From Vicinamibacteria bacterium (GTDB taxonomy: Bacteria; Acidobacteriota; Vicinamibacteria; Vicinamibacterales; UBA8438), in the NCBI GenBank assembly GCA_022821235.1, contig JAJEEA010000337.1, positions 308 through 64,307 of the forward strand: 64,000 bases of DNA, given 5' to 3'. This document shows, piece after piece, positions 36,828 through 45,705 of the stretch. The notes under the pieces were generated by a model, which saw nothing but the letters and a program-made list of their open reading frames with translations, was not told where the DNA came from and did not search any database. The position numbers and the translations under genes are program-made. How positions within the stretch are numbered: position 1 is the first letter of the stretch; each line of letters opens with the position of its first letter.

Positions 36828-38324
36828 CTACTCCCCGTCGATCAGCCGCATGAAGTCCACGTGCGACCCTACCAGCCCGTGGACGCCGACGTGCCGCGCG
36901 ATGTCGAGGTCGAGCTGCTCGATGTTCTGGGCCAGGCTCCTCATGCTGGCGGTGACCGCGGGCGGGTCGGCCCCCGGCGCGGGGGGCGAGTAGAGGTCCG
37001 CGTTGATCAGGATCCGCTCGGCCGGCAGGTGCACGATGAGCATGGTGCCGGCGTGCCCGAGGCGCAGCACGGGGTGAATGTTCACGACGCGCCGGCCGTC
37101 GGTCAGCGTGTACCCGTCGTCGCCCACCAGCTCGTAAGCGGGGATGCGGTTCGGCGCGAACCACGGCATGCGCCCCGACAGCAGGTCGGGCTCGAGGGCG
37201 CGCGTGCCGGGGTGGAAGAACACGGCGTCGTAGAACTCGTGATTGGCCTCGTGGGTGATGACGGTGGCGCTCTGCGCGACGTAGGTGCGCAGGCCGCCGG
37301 CGTGGTCGGCGTGGTGGTGGGTGTTGATGACGTAGCGAATCGGCTTGTCGGGGACCCGGCGGCGGATCTCGGCGATGACGGCGAGCGACCGCGCCTCGTT
37401 CTGCGGCGCCTCGACGACGGCGATGAAGTCGGCGAGCTCGATGGCGACGCTGTGGTGGCTGCCGCCGTAGATGCGCCAGACGCCGGAGGCCATCTGGGTC
37501 GAGCGGACGACGACGGGGGGGACGGTCGCGTCCTGCACGTTGTCGGGCACCGCGAGCGGCTCGGCGTCGACGTCGGCCGCCGCCTCCGTCACCGTGATCT
37601 CCATCGAGTTGTGGCCCGGGTTGAGCCGCGGGTCGCCCTGGTGCGAGTGGATGACGGTGGGGAACATCACGCCGCCGAAGTCCTGGTAGCCGGTGTAGCG
37701 GTGGTCGTAGATCATGTCGCCGAACAGGGGGTTGGCGACCCACGTGAGGACCCGCTCGACGAGGTCGTCCTCGTTGATGGTCCCGTTCAGGCGGCGGCCC
37801 ATCGCGGTGAACGACACGATGGTCAGCTCGCGCCCCTCCAGCACCACGTCGACGGCGTCGGCGTCGTCCGCGGAGGCCGCCGCCCTGAGGAACCCGTGGG
37901 GCGACGTCCAGATGTCGAGCTGCCGCACCTCGGCCGCCGCGGGCTGGGGCACGGCGTCGGCGCCGCGCCGCGTCCAGGCGTGGTCGCCGCTCGCGAGGAA
38001 CGTGCGCTGCTGCTCGCCGACGAGCGGCGTGCCGCCGCCGAGGGCGGGATAGTCGCCCTGCCGGCGGGTGTAGGTCTCGCGGGACGACCGGGCGTCGTAG
38101 TCGATGGTGCGCGAGTAGGCGGTCATCTCGAAGCGGGGCCAGTCGTCGGCGGGGGTGTGGCTCTGACCGACGTTGGCGACCCACCCGGTGCCCGAGTAGC
38201 GGATGGAGCCGGGATTGCCCATGGCCTCGCTTGCGGCCTGCAGGACGTTCTCGACGTCCTGGGCCGCCGCCGGGGCCGCCGGCAGGGTCGCGAGGGCGAC
38301 GAGAAGCGGAAGCGTTCTGCGCAT
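36828..38324 (-). CDS. MBL-fold metallo-hydrolase (secreted)
   Basis: Signal peptide MRRTLPLLVALATLPAAPAAAQ and the H-x-H-x-D-H motif INTHHHADHAGG. Confidence 0.85.
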   Translation of the reverse strand: MRRTLPLLVALATLPAAPAAAQDVENVLQAASEAMGNPGSIRYSGTGWVANVGQSHTPADDWPRFEMTAYSRTIDYDARSSRETYTRRQGDYPALGGGTPLVGEQQRTFLASGDHAWTRRGADAVPQPAAAEVRQLDIWTSPHGFLRAAASADDADAVDVVLEGRELTIVSFTAMGRRLNGTINEDDLVERVLTWVANPLFGDMIYDHRYTGYQDFGGVMFPTVIHSHQGDPRLNPGHNSMEITVTEAAADVDAEPLAVPDNVQDATVPPVVVRSTQMASGVWRIYGGSHHSVAIELADFIAVVEAPQNEARSLAVIAEIRRRVPDKPIRYVINTHHHADHAGGLRTYVAQSATVITHEANHEFYDAVFFHPGTRALEPDLLSGRMPWFAPNRIPAYELVGDDGYTLTDGRRVVNIHPVLRLGHAGTMLIVHLPAERILINADLYSPPAPGADPPAVTASMRSLAQNIEQLDLDIARHVGVHGLVGSHVDFMRLIDGE

Positions 38325-38472
38325 GGAATCCTCCTGGCGGCGTTCTGTGAGTCGTTGACCGGATGATAGTCGGAGACCGAGAGGACGGACAAGATCCGTG
38401 GCCCCCCGACGATGGTAGAATGCCGTGATCGCCGTCCAGACGGGCGGGGTTGGACCACCGGGAGGGCCTGAC

Positions 38473-40899
38473 GTGGCTGACTACAAACTGCTCGGAAAGA
38501 ACTACCGGTTGCCGGACCTTCACGCCAAGGTCACCGGCCGTTCCCGCTATGCCGAGGACCATCGGGCCGAGGGCATGGTCTTCTGCAAGCTGCTCGTGAG
38601 CCCGATGCCCCACGCGCGGGTGGTGTCCATCGACACCGGCGCGGCCGAGGCCCTGCCGGGCGTCGCGGGCATCCTGACCGCGGACGACCTGCCCGAGGTC
38701 GACGCGCCGAACGAGGCGGCCCTGACCAACGAGCCGCGCTACGAGGGCGAGCCGATCCTCGCGGTGGCCGCCGTCGACGAGGAGACCGCGGCCCGCGCCA
38801 TCGAGCTCATCGACATCGACCTCCAGCCGCTGCCGTTCGTCCTCGACCCCCTCGACAGCCTCCGGCCCGGCGGGCCGAACGCCCGGACCGACGGCAACAC
38901 GATGAGGGGGCGCGAGCTGGGCGAGGTCAAGTGGACCGAGGCGGACCTCGCGGGGCTCGCGCCGGGCGAGATCCCGATGGAGGCGGAGGCCACCGACGAG
39001 TGGTCGTACGGCGACCTCGCGGCGGGGTTCGCGGACGCCGACGTGGTCATCGAGGAGCACTCGTACCACCAGTCGCTCTCGCACCAGCCGCTCGAGAGCC
39101 GCACCACGATGGCCTACTGGGAAGGCCAGAAGGTCTACGTGTACCCGTCGGTGCAGAGCACGAACCGCAGCGTCGGGCCGATGGCGCGCTGGGCCGGCGT
39201 CGAGCCGTCGAACGTGGTCCTCATCAACGAGTTCACCGGGGGCGGCTTCGGCAGCAAGGCGGCCGGCTACGTGCAGGCGCAGATCCCCATGCTGCTGTCG
39301 AAGAAGATCGGCAAGCCGGTCATGATGCGGGTGACCCGGCGCGACGAGACCTCGTTCGGCAAGGCCCGCCCCGGCATCCAGGCGCGCATCCGGCTCGGCA
39401 TGCGGCGCGACGGGCGGATCACCGCCCTCGACGTCCACGCCATCGGCGACAACGGTCCCTACGCGCGGTCCGGCGACCACATGAACCTCGGGGTCATGGG
39501 CTCGCTCGCCTATCAGCCGGTGGCCATGCGCATGCGCGGCACCGGGGTCTACACCAACACGCCGCCGCGCGCCGCCCAGCGCGCCCCCGGGGGCGAGCAG
39601 TCGATGACGATGCTGTCGCCCATCATCCAGAAGGCGGCGAAACAGCTCGGGCTCGACCAGGTCGAGGTGCTGAAGATCAACGCGCCCGAGGGGCAGGCGA
39701 CGTTCGGCGCGCCGGGCGTGGACGGCGTGCAGGGGCACGTGTCTAGCGCCTTCGCGCGCGAGGCCATCGACAAGGGGGCCGAGCTCTTCGACTGGCGCGA
39801 GCGGGTGCAGCGCAGCGGCCGGCGCAACGGTCCGAAGGTAACCGGCGTCGGCGTGGCGCTGAGCACCTTCGCGGCCGGCGCTTCGGGCGTCGACGGGCTG
39901 TTCGTCATCCGGCCCGACGGGCGCATCGCCATCCAGTCGGGCGTCGGCAACCTCGGCACGGGGTCGACCTTCGACATGATGCGCCCCATCGCCGAGGGCA
40001 TGGACGTGCCCTGGGAGAAGTGCGACGTCGCGTGGGGCGACACCAGCCGGCACTTGCCGTGGAGCTCGCTGCAGGCGGGCAGCTCGACCGCTCACGCGCA
40101 CACCCGCGCGAGCTGGGCGGCGGTGCTCGACGCGCGCCAGAAGGTGCGCGAGATCGCGGCCCGCGACCTCGGGGGCGTGCCCGACGACTACACCATCGGC
40201 GGCGAGCGCGTGTTCCGCACCGGCAACCGCTCGGTGGGCATGACCTTCGCGCGGGTGGCGCAGCGGGCCGTCGACATCGGCGGCCGCTACGACGGCCACG
40301 AGTTGCCCGAGGACATCAACGGGATGACGACGGCCGCGGCCACCGCCCTCGCCGGGCAGGGCCTGATGGGGGTCGCCCGCGACAACTTCGAGGAGGGCGG
40401 CCGGCGGATGTCGTTCGTCGCTGGCTTCGCCGAGGTCGAGGTGGACGTGGAGACCGGCGGCATCCGGCTCGTCGACTACGCGGCCGGATGCGACGCCGGC
40501 ACCATCATCCATCCCCGGACGTTCGGGGCCCAGGTCTTCGGCGGGGCCATCCAGGGCTTCTCGGTCACCCTCAGCCAGAACTGGGTGTTCGACCGGCGCT
40601 GGGGGCTGCTGGTGGCCAAGCGCTTCTACAGCAACCGCCCGCCGGGCATTCTCGACGTCCCGCACGAGCAGCCCATGAAGTGGGGCGCCGCCGACCTGCC
40701 CGACCCGTTCAACCCGCTGGGCGCCAAGGGCATCGGCGAGGCGGCGCAGGGCGCCGGCTCGGGGGCGGTGATGAACGCCATCGCCGACGCGCTCGGCCAG
40801 AACGGCGACCTCTTCCGGACGCCGGTGACCCGGGACCTGATCCTGACCCGGCTCGAGCAGGCGCCGAGCGGCCACGACCGGCTGATGGCCCACGTCTGA
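38473..40899 (+). CDS. xanthine-dehydrogenase-family molybdopterin-binding large subunit (no adjacent FeS/FAD subunits)
   Basis: Contains KVTGRSRYAEDHRAEGMVFCKLLVSP, EFTGGGFGSK and PLGAKGIGEA. The GTG at 38473 follows GGGAGGG. Confidence 0.85.
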   Translation: MADYKLLGKNYRLPDLHAKVTGRSRYAEDHRAEGMVFCKLLVSPMPHARVVSIDTGAAEALPGVAGILTADDLPEVDAPNEAALTNEPRYEGEPILAVAAVDEETAARAIELIDIDLQPLPFVLDPLDSLRPGGPNARTDGNTMRGRELGEVKWTEADLAGLAPGEIPMEAEATDEWSYGDLAAGFADADVVIEEHSYHQSLSHQPLESRTTMAYWEGQKVYVYPSVQSTNRSVGPMARWAGVEPSNVVLINEFTGGGFGSKAAGYVQAQIPMLLSKKIGKPVMMRVTRRDETSFGKARPGIQARIRLGMRRDGRITALDVHAIGDNGPYARSGDHMNLGVMGSLAYQPVAMRMRGTGVYTNTPPRAAQRAPGGEQSMTMLSPIIQKAAKQLGLDQVEVLKINAPEGQATFGAPGVDGVQGHVSSAFAREAIDKGAELFDWRERVQRSGRRNGPKVTGVGVALSTFAAGASGVDGLFVIRPDGRIAIQSGVGNLGTGSTFDMMRPIAEGMDVPWEKCDVAWGDTSRHLPWSSLQAGSSTAHAHTRASWAAVLDARQKVREIAARDLGGVPDDYTIGGERVFRTGNRSVGMTFARVAQRAVDIGGRYDGHELPEDINGMTTAAATALAGQGLMGVARDNFEEGGRRMSFVAGFAEVEVDVETGGIRLVDYAAGCDAGTIIHPRTFGAQVFGGAIQGFSVTLSQNWVFDRRWGLLVAKRFYSNRPPGILDVPHEQPMKWGAADLPDPFNPLGAKGIGEAAQGAGSGAVMNAIADALGQNGDLFRTPVTRDLILTRLEQAPSGHDRLMAHV

Positions 40900-40991
40900 C
40901 GAGAGCCGGCGGCGCCGCGGGGGCCTCGACCAAGGGGCTCTCGCGGCGCCCGCGGCCTTCCGACCCGCCGCCCCCCCCCCGTCGCCGATCC

Positions 40992-42635
40992 ATGCTCGGT
41001 AGCCACGCGTTGCTGTCGCTGCTGATCGACGAGGGGGTGACCCACCTCTTCGGCAACCCCGGCACCACCGAGCTGCCGCTGATGGCGGCGCTGCCCGACT
41101 ATCCGCAGATCGAGTACGTGCTCGGGGCCCAGGAGGCCGCCGTGGTGGCCATGGCCGACGGCTACGCCCGCGCCAGCGGGCGCCTCGCCGCGTGCAACCT
41201 CCACGTGGCGCCGGGGCTGGGCAACGCCATCGGGTCGCTCTTCAACGCGAGCTGGATCGGCTCGCCGCTCCTGGTCACCGCCGGGCAGCATCCCATCGGG
41301 CACGGCCTCACCGAGCCCATGCTCTACGCGCCGCTCGAGCCGATGGCCCGGCCCCACGTCAAGTGGGCGGTGGAGGCGACACGGCTCGACGACCTGCCCC
41401 GCATCGTGCGGCGGGCGGCCAAGATCGCCCTCGCGCCGCCGACCGGGCCCGTCTTCGTGTCGCTGCCGGGCAACGTGCTGACCGACGACGTCGAGCTCGA
41501 CCTGGGCCGGTGCAACCGGGTCGAGGCCCGGGTTCGGCCCGCCGACGCGGTCCTCGACGCGCTGGCCGACCGCCTGCTCGCGGCCCGACGCCCCGTGATG
41601 GTGGTCGGGCACGAGGTGAGCACCCGCTCGGCCCTGCCGCAGGCGGCCGGGCTGGCCGAGCTGCTGGGGGCCGGGGTCTATCAGGACACCATTCCCACCG
41701 CGGCCCCGTTCGTTTCGTCGCACCCGTGCTTCCTCGGCATGCTCAGCCGCGACCAGCGAGACGTGGCGGAGCGTCTCGGCGCCTTCGATCTGCTGGTCTG
41801 TCTCGGCACCGACGTGCTGCGCATGTCGGTGCCGGGGCCGCCGCCGCTGCCGCCGGGGCTGGCCGTCGTGCAGGTGGGGGAGCGGTCGGCCGACCTCGCC
41901 AAGAACTACCCGACGGAGCTGGCGGTGCAGGCGGACGTCCGCGAGACCCTCGCCGCCCTGAACGAGCGGACGCGCGCGCGCCGCCCCGCCGGGTACGAGG
42001 CGGCGGCGCGGCAACGCATCGAGAAGCTGCGGCCCGGGAACTGGTCGGCGGCGCGGGAGGCCTTCGTGCGGTCGATGGGACCGTCCGCGGGGGCGCCGAT
42101 CCACCCCGACCACCTGATGCGGGTGCTGAGCGACACGCTGCCGGCCGACGCGGTGGTGGTGGACGAGGGGCTGACGTCGTCGCCGGCGCTGCCCCGGCTG
42201 TGGCCCTGTCGCGACGAGCGCAGCTACTACGGGCTGGCCAGCGGCGGCATCGGGTTCGCGGTGGCCGGCGCCGTCGGCATCCGCCTCGCGGTGCCGGGCC
42301 GGCCGGTGGTGGCGGTGATCGGGGACGGCTCGGCCCTGTACAACATCCAGGCCCTGTGGACGGCGGCCCACCTGCGGCTGCCGATGGTCTACGTCATCGC
42401 CAACAACCGCGGCTACCGCATCCTCAAGCAGCGGGTGAGGGCCGGCCACGGGGTCGATCGCTTCGTCGGCATGGACTTCGACGACCCGCCGGTCGACTTC
42501 GCGGGCTTGGCCGGGGCCCTGGGGCTGCGGTCACGGCGCGTCGTCGAGCCGGACGACATCGCTCCGGCCCTCGATGAAGCTCTTGCGCATCCGGGTCCGA
42601 CGTTGCTGGACGTGGTGGTGGATGGAAGGCTGTGA
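40992..42635 (+). CDS. thiamine-diphosphate-dependent enzyme (benzoylformate decarboxylase / acetolactate-synthase-like)
   Basis: Contains LIDEGVTHLFGNPGTTELPLMAAL and GIGFAVAGAVG...IGDGSALYNIQALWTAA...NNRGY (the TPP GDG-N motif). Confidence 0.85.
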   Translation: MLGSHALLSLLIDEGVTHLFGNPGTTELPLMAALPDYPQIEYVLGAQEAAVVAMADGYARASGRLAACNLHVAPGLGNAIGSLFNASWIGSPLLVTAGQHPIGHGLTEPMLYAPLEPMARPHVKWAVEATRLDDLPRIVRRAAKIALAPPTGPVFVSLPGNVLTDDVELDLGRCNRVEARVRPADAVLDALADRLLAARRPVMVVGHEVSTRSALPQAAGLAELLGAGVYQDTIPTAAPFVSSHPCFLGMLSRDQRDVAERLGAFDLLVCLGTDVLRMSVPGPPPLPPGLAVVQVGERSADLAKNYPTELAVQADVRETLAALNERTRARRPAGYEAAARQRIEKLRPGNWSAAREAFVRSMGPSAGAPIHPDHLMRVLSDTLPADAVVVDEGLTSSPALPRLWPCRDERSYYGLASGGIGFAVAGAVGIRLAVPGRPVVAVIGDGSALYNIQALWTAAHLRLPMVYVIANNRGYRILKQRVRAGHGVDRFVGMDFDDPPVDFAGLAGALGLRSRRVVEPDDIAPALDEALAHPGPTLLDVVVDGRL

Positions 42636-42936
42636 CGAGGCGGCGGCGCGTCGTCCCATCCCGACTTGCCGCAGCCGGTCATCCAGGGCTCTGATGTCCG
42701 CTCGCAGGGCATCGATGCGCCCGTCGACACTTGCGCCTCGCGCCGCCAGAAGTCCGGCCACACCGGGCATCGTTCCGATAGGTCCACCTGGCGTCGCTGC
42801 TCATCCCGGATGAGCCCGTCGGCTCCGGTGATGCCATGCCCTCCAGGCGGTCCGCCGTCACACCAGATGTCAACCTGCGCGCGGAAACCGAGAGACTGCT
42901 GCGGCCCCGCGGCATCCGACGTGGGGAGACCGGGCG

Positions 42937-42942
42937 TATAAT
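42937..42942 (+). promoter_or_regulatory. putative -10 box (TATAAT) within the shared motif GTATAATCTGC
   Basis: The second copy of the 11-mer (42936-42946). It is followed by AGGAGG (42950-42955) and a GTG at 42961, and lies ~135 nt upstream of the ATG at 43079. Confidence 0.3.
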
Positions 42943-43078
42943 CTGCATCAGGAGGATCCTGTGCGCCCGCGGGCTGCGGCGCGTCCAGGGGGAAGCAGCG
43001 CGTGGAAGGTAACGGCACGCCGGCGGGGGACGCGGCCCGCCCCGGGGGCCGATCAGGAACCAGACGGGAGGTAACCAG

Positions 43079-44089
43079 ATGACTCGAACGCGATTCGCTA
43101 CGGCGGCCCTGGCCGCGCTTCTGCTCGTGCCGGCGGCCGTGGCCGCCCAGGACGCGCCGCGGACGCCGTGGGGCGACCCGGACCTGCAGGGCACGTACAC
43201 CAACAAGACGATCACGCCGCTCGAGCGTCCCGAGGCGCTGGGCGACAAGGAGTTCCTCACCGACGAGGAGGTGGCGGCCCAGGAGCAGGCGCGCGTGAAC
43301 CGCAACCAGGAGCTGCTGGTGGCGCCGCCCCGGCGGACCGTGGCCGGGGGCAACGTGGGCGGCTACAACAACTTCTGGCTCGACGGGGGCACGCGGCCGA
43401 CGGGCCGGACGTCCCTGATCTCCGATCCGCCGAACGGCCGGCTGCCGGCGCGGACGGCGGATGCCGCCGACCGCAAGATGGCCCACGACGCCGCGTTCCC
43501 GGTCGAGGGGCCGTTCGACTCGTGGGAGGACCTCGAGCTGAACGACCGCTGCCTGGTGTGGTCGGCGGGCCCGCCGATGCTGCCGAGCGCCTACAACAAC
43601 AACTTCATGATCATGCAGACGCCGGGGTACGTCGCCATCTACGTCGAGATGATCCACGACTTCCGCATCATCCCCATCGACGGGCGCGCGCACGTGCCGG
43701 CGAGCATCCGCCAGTGGCACGGCGACGCGCGGGGACGCTGGGAGGGCGACACCCTCGTCGTCGAGACCACCAACCTGCGGCGCACCGAGGCGAACGCGGG
43801 CGCGGTGGGCGGCGACCCCGTCCTGCTGCGCATGGCCAACGGCCGGGACGACGACACCATCACCGTCACCGAGCGCTTCACGCGCTCCGGCCCCGGCACG
43901 GTGCACTACGAGTTCACCGTCGAAGACCCCACGCACTGGGAGCAGAGCTTCTCGGGCGAGTTCCCGTTCTCGACGTTCCCGGCCGACGAGCTGCCCTACC
44001 TCTTCGAGTACGCCTGCCACGAGGGCAACTACAGCATGACCAACATCCTCGGCGGCGAGCGCGCGCGGGAGCTGGCCAACGAGCAGTAG
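43079..44089 (+). CDS. secreted conserved hypothetical (TPWGxPDLQG ... ACHEGN family)
   Basis: Signal peptide, PRTPWGDPDLQGTYTNKTITPLERP...EYACHEGNYSM. It is a paralogue of 33440..34726. Confidence 0.75.
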   Translation: MTRTRFATAALAALLLVPAAVAAQDAPRTPWGDPDLQGTYTNKTITPLERPEALGDKEFLTDEEVAAQEQARVNRNQELLVAPPRRTVAGGNVGGYNNFWLDGGTRPTGRTSLISDPPNGRLPARTADAADRKMAHDAAFPVEGPFDSWEDLELNDRCLVWSAGPPMLPSAYNNNFMIMQTPGYVAIYVEMIHDFRIIPIDGRAHVPASIRQWHGDARGRWEGDTLVVETTNLRRTEANAGAVGGDPVLLRMANGRDDDTITVTERFTRSGPGTVHYEFTVEDPTHWEQSFSGEFPFSTFPADELPYLFEYACHEGNYSMTNILGGERARELANEQ

Positions 44090-44132
44090 GCCACACGGGT
44101 GAGGGCGCTGGATGGCGCCGACGGCGTTTCAC

Positions 44133-44162
44133 GAAGGGCCGGGCATCGTTGCCCGGCCCTTC
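44133..44162 (+). terminator. perfect 13-bp-stem hairpin downstream of 43079..44089
   Basis: GAAGGGCCGGGCA-TCGT-TGCCCGGCCCTTC, 44 nt after the stop. There is no U-tract. Confidence 0.5.
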
Positions 44163-44341
44163 GCGTATGGGCTCGTGAGACCAAGGCCCGTCAGCCGACC
44201 CGGTTGCCGGTCGTCCGTCCACCGATGGCCGGTGTTGGTTTCGGTCACCACGCATGGCGATCCCTTGCAGACGGAACGCCGCACCGATAGCATGTACGCC
44301 CAAGCAGATATATGTCGTAGTCGTCTTGAGCCGGAGGTCCG

Positions 44342-44581
44342 ATGAGCATCCGGTGGAGCCTCGTCGTCTCCGAAGAAACCGACCGGAGTCTGCGCAGCTA
44401 CCTCGCCAGAACAGGAGGCAGGAAGGGAGACCTGTCCCGGTTCGTGGACCGCGCGGTCCGGCAGGCGATCTTCTGGGAGACGCTCGACTCGGTCTGGGAG
44501 CGCAACCGGCACCTGTCGGCCGAGGCGGCTCAGGCTCTCGTCGATCGAGCGGTGGCGGACGCCCGTGCGGATCGTGCTTGA
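44342..44581 (+). CDS. ribbon-helix-helix (CopG-like) antitoxin
   Basis: 79 aa, MSIRWSLVVSEETDRSLRSYLARTGGRKGDLSRFVDRAVRQAI (beta-strand, helix, helix pattern). It overlaps the downstream PIN start. TTGCAG-N17-TAGCAT promoter-like boxes lie at 44265-44293. Confidence 0.7.
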   Translation: MSIRWSLVVSEETDRSLRSYLARTGGRKGDLSRFVDRAVRQAIFWETLDSVWERNRHLSAEAAQALVDRAVADARADRA

Positions 44582-44837
44582 CACCAACGTCCTGGTCAGC
44601 GCCCTGATCTCGCGGGACGGACCCCTGGGCCGCGTGCTGGCGGCGGTCAGGCGCGAGGGTCTGACCCTGGTCACCTCGGACGAGCGGTGGTTCAGCCCTC
44701 CGCGTCAGTGCTGCGCCGCCGGCACCCACGCGGTGGTGCGGCCGCCGATGGTCAGGTGCTCGATGCGCTCGCCGCGCGTCGTGAGCGCGTCCGCGCGCTT
44801 GCCCCAGCGGCGGTGGAACAGCCACGTGCGCGGGTAG
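44565..44837 (+). pseudogene. PIN-domain toxin, only the N-terminal ~45 codons retained
   Basis: V/MRIVLDTNVLVSALISRDGPLGRVLAAVRREGLTLVTSDE parallels the intact PIN at 5158. After about 44700 the frame becomes junk and overlaps the 3' end of the convergent Fpg/Nei gene. Confidence 0.55.
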
Positions 44838-45541
44838 CGCGCATCGTCGGCGTTGGCGTCGACGGCACGCTTGACGATGGCCGCGAGCCTCGCGCGCAGG
44901 CGCCGCGCTTCCGCGTCCGTCAGCGAGGCGGCGTGGCGCCGGGGATCGATGCGGGCCTGGTACAGCGCCTCGTCGGCGATCCAGTTGCCGACGCCGGCCG
45001 AGAACGACTGGTCGAGCAGCAGTGACTTCACGTTGGCGCCGCGGGCGCGGATCAGCTCGGAGAAACGCTTCGGAGGGGGCATCGCGAGGAAGGGGTCGAA
45101 GCCGAGCCTCGCGACCGGGGGCTCGCCCTGCGGGTCGTCGCGCAGCAGGATGCGCCCGAGGCGGCGCCCGTCGGTCATCGCGAGCTCGCCGCCGTCGTCG
45201 AAGCGCAGCCGGATCTTGAGGAAGCGCGGGGGCCAGACCGCGGCGTCCTCTCGGGGCCCGGACTTGAGCTGCAGCGGCGTCGACGCCGGGGTCTTGAACC
45301 CGCCGGCCATCCCGAAGTGGAAGAGGGGATGCGGCGGCCGGTCGAGGACGAACCAGAGCTGCTTGCCCCAGCGCCGCGCCGCCTCGACCCGCCGCCCCTC
45401 GAGGGCTTCCCGCCAGTCGCGCGGCGCGACCCCGTCGAACACCAGCGGGTCGCCGGTGCACCAGACCCGCTCGATGCGCCGCCCCGCCGCCACCGCCTCT
45501 GCGAGCCTGCGCCCCCTTTCGACCTCCGGCAACTCAGGCAC
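44705..45541 (-). CDS. Fpg/Nei-family DNA glycosylase (apparently zinc-less C-terminus)
   Basis: MPELPEVE is the catalytic N-terminal Pro-Glu, and an H2TH region (LLDQSFSAGVGNWIADEALY) is present. I see no CxxC...CxxC at the C-terminus. Confidence 0.85.
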   Translation of the reverse strand: MPELPEVERGRRLAEAVAAGRRIERVWCTGDPLVFDGVAPRDWREALEGRRVEAARRWGKQLWFVLDRPPHPLFHFGMAGGFKTPASTPLQLKSGPREDAAVWPPRFLKIRLRFDDGGELAMTDGRRLGRILLRDDPQGEPPVARLGFDPFLAMPPPKRFSELIRARGANVKSLLLDQSFSAGVGNWIADEALYQARIDPRRHAASLTDAEARRLRARLAAIVKRAVDANADDARYPRTWLFHRRWGKRADALTTRGERIEHLTIGGRTTAWVPAAQH

Positions 45542-45705
45542 TATTGGTATTCACCCGTACACGGCTGGCGGGTTCGGCGGATTCCGCGAGCCTGCGTCCC
45601 CTCATCGACTTCCGGCAAGCTCCGCACTCTCGATCCTCGCCGCCACGTCGCCGTCGGGTTCGGCCACGGCGTCCGACGCCAGCCGGTCGGCCGCGCGGGC
45701 TCCGG

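Noticed and set aside
40971-40980. C10 homopolymer 11 nt upstream of the ThDP-enzyme start codon, as a possible phase-variation tract.
   Set aside because: It is a real feature of the sequence, but a single short tract in a 70% GC genome is weak evidence. There is no contingency-locus context, so I record it only as a possible slippage or sequencing-error hotspot.
42961-43074. A 37-codon upstream ORF with a strong AGGAGG-N5-GTG start between the TATAAT box and the gene at 43079, as a possible leader peptide.
   Set aside because: The product (VRPRAAARPGGSSAWKVTARRRGTRPAPGADQEPDGR) has shadow-frame-like composition, and I could see no conservation evidence. It is kept only as a note attached to the promoter-like element.
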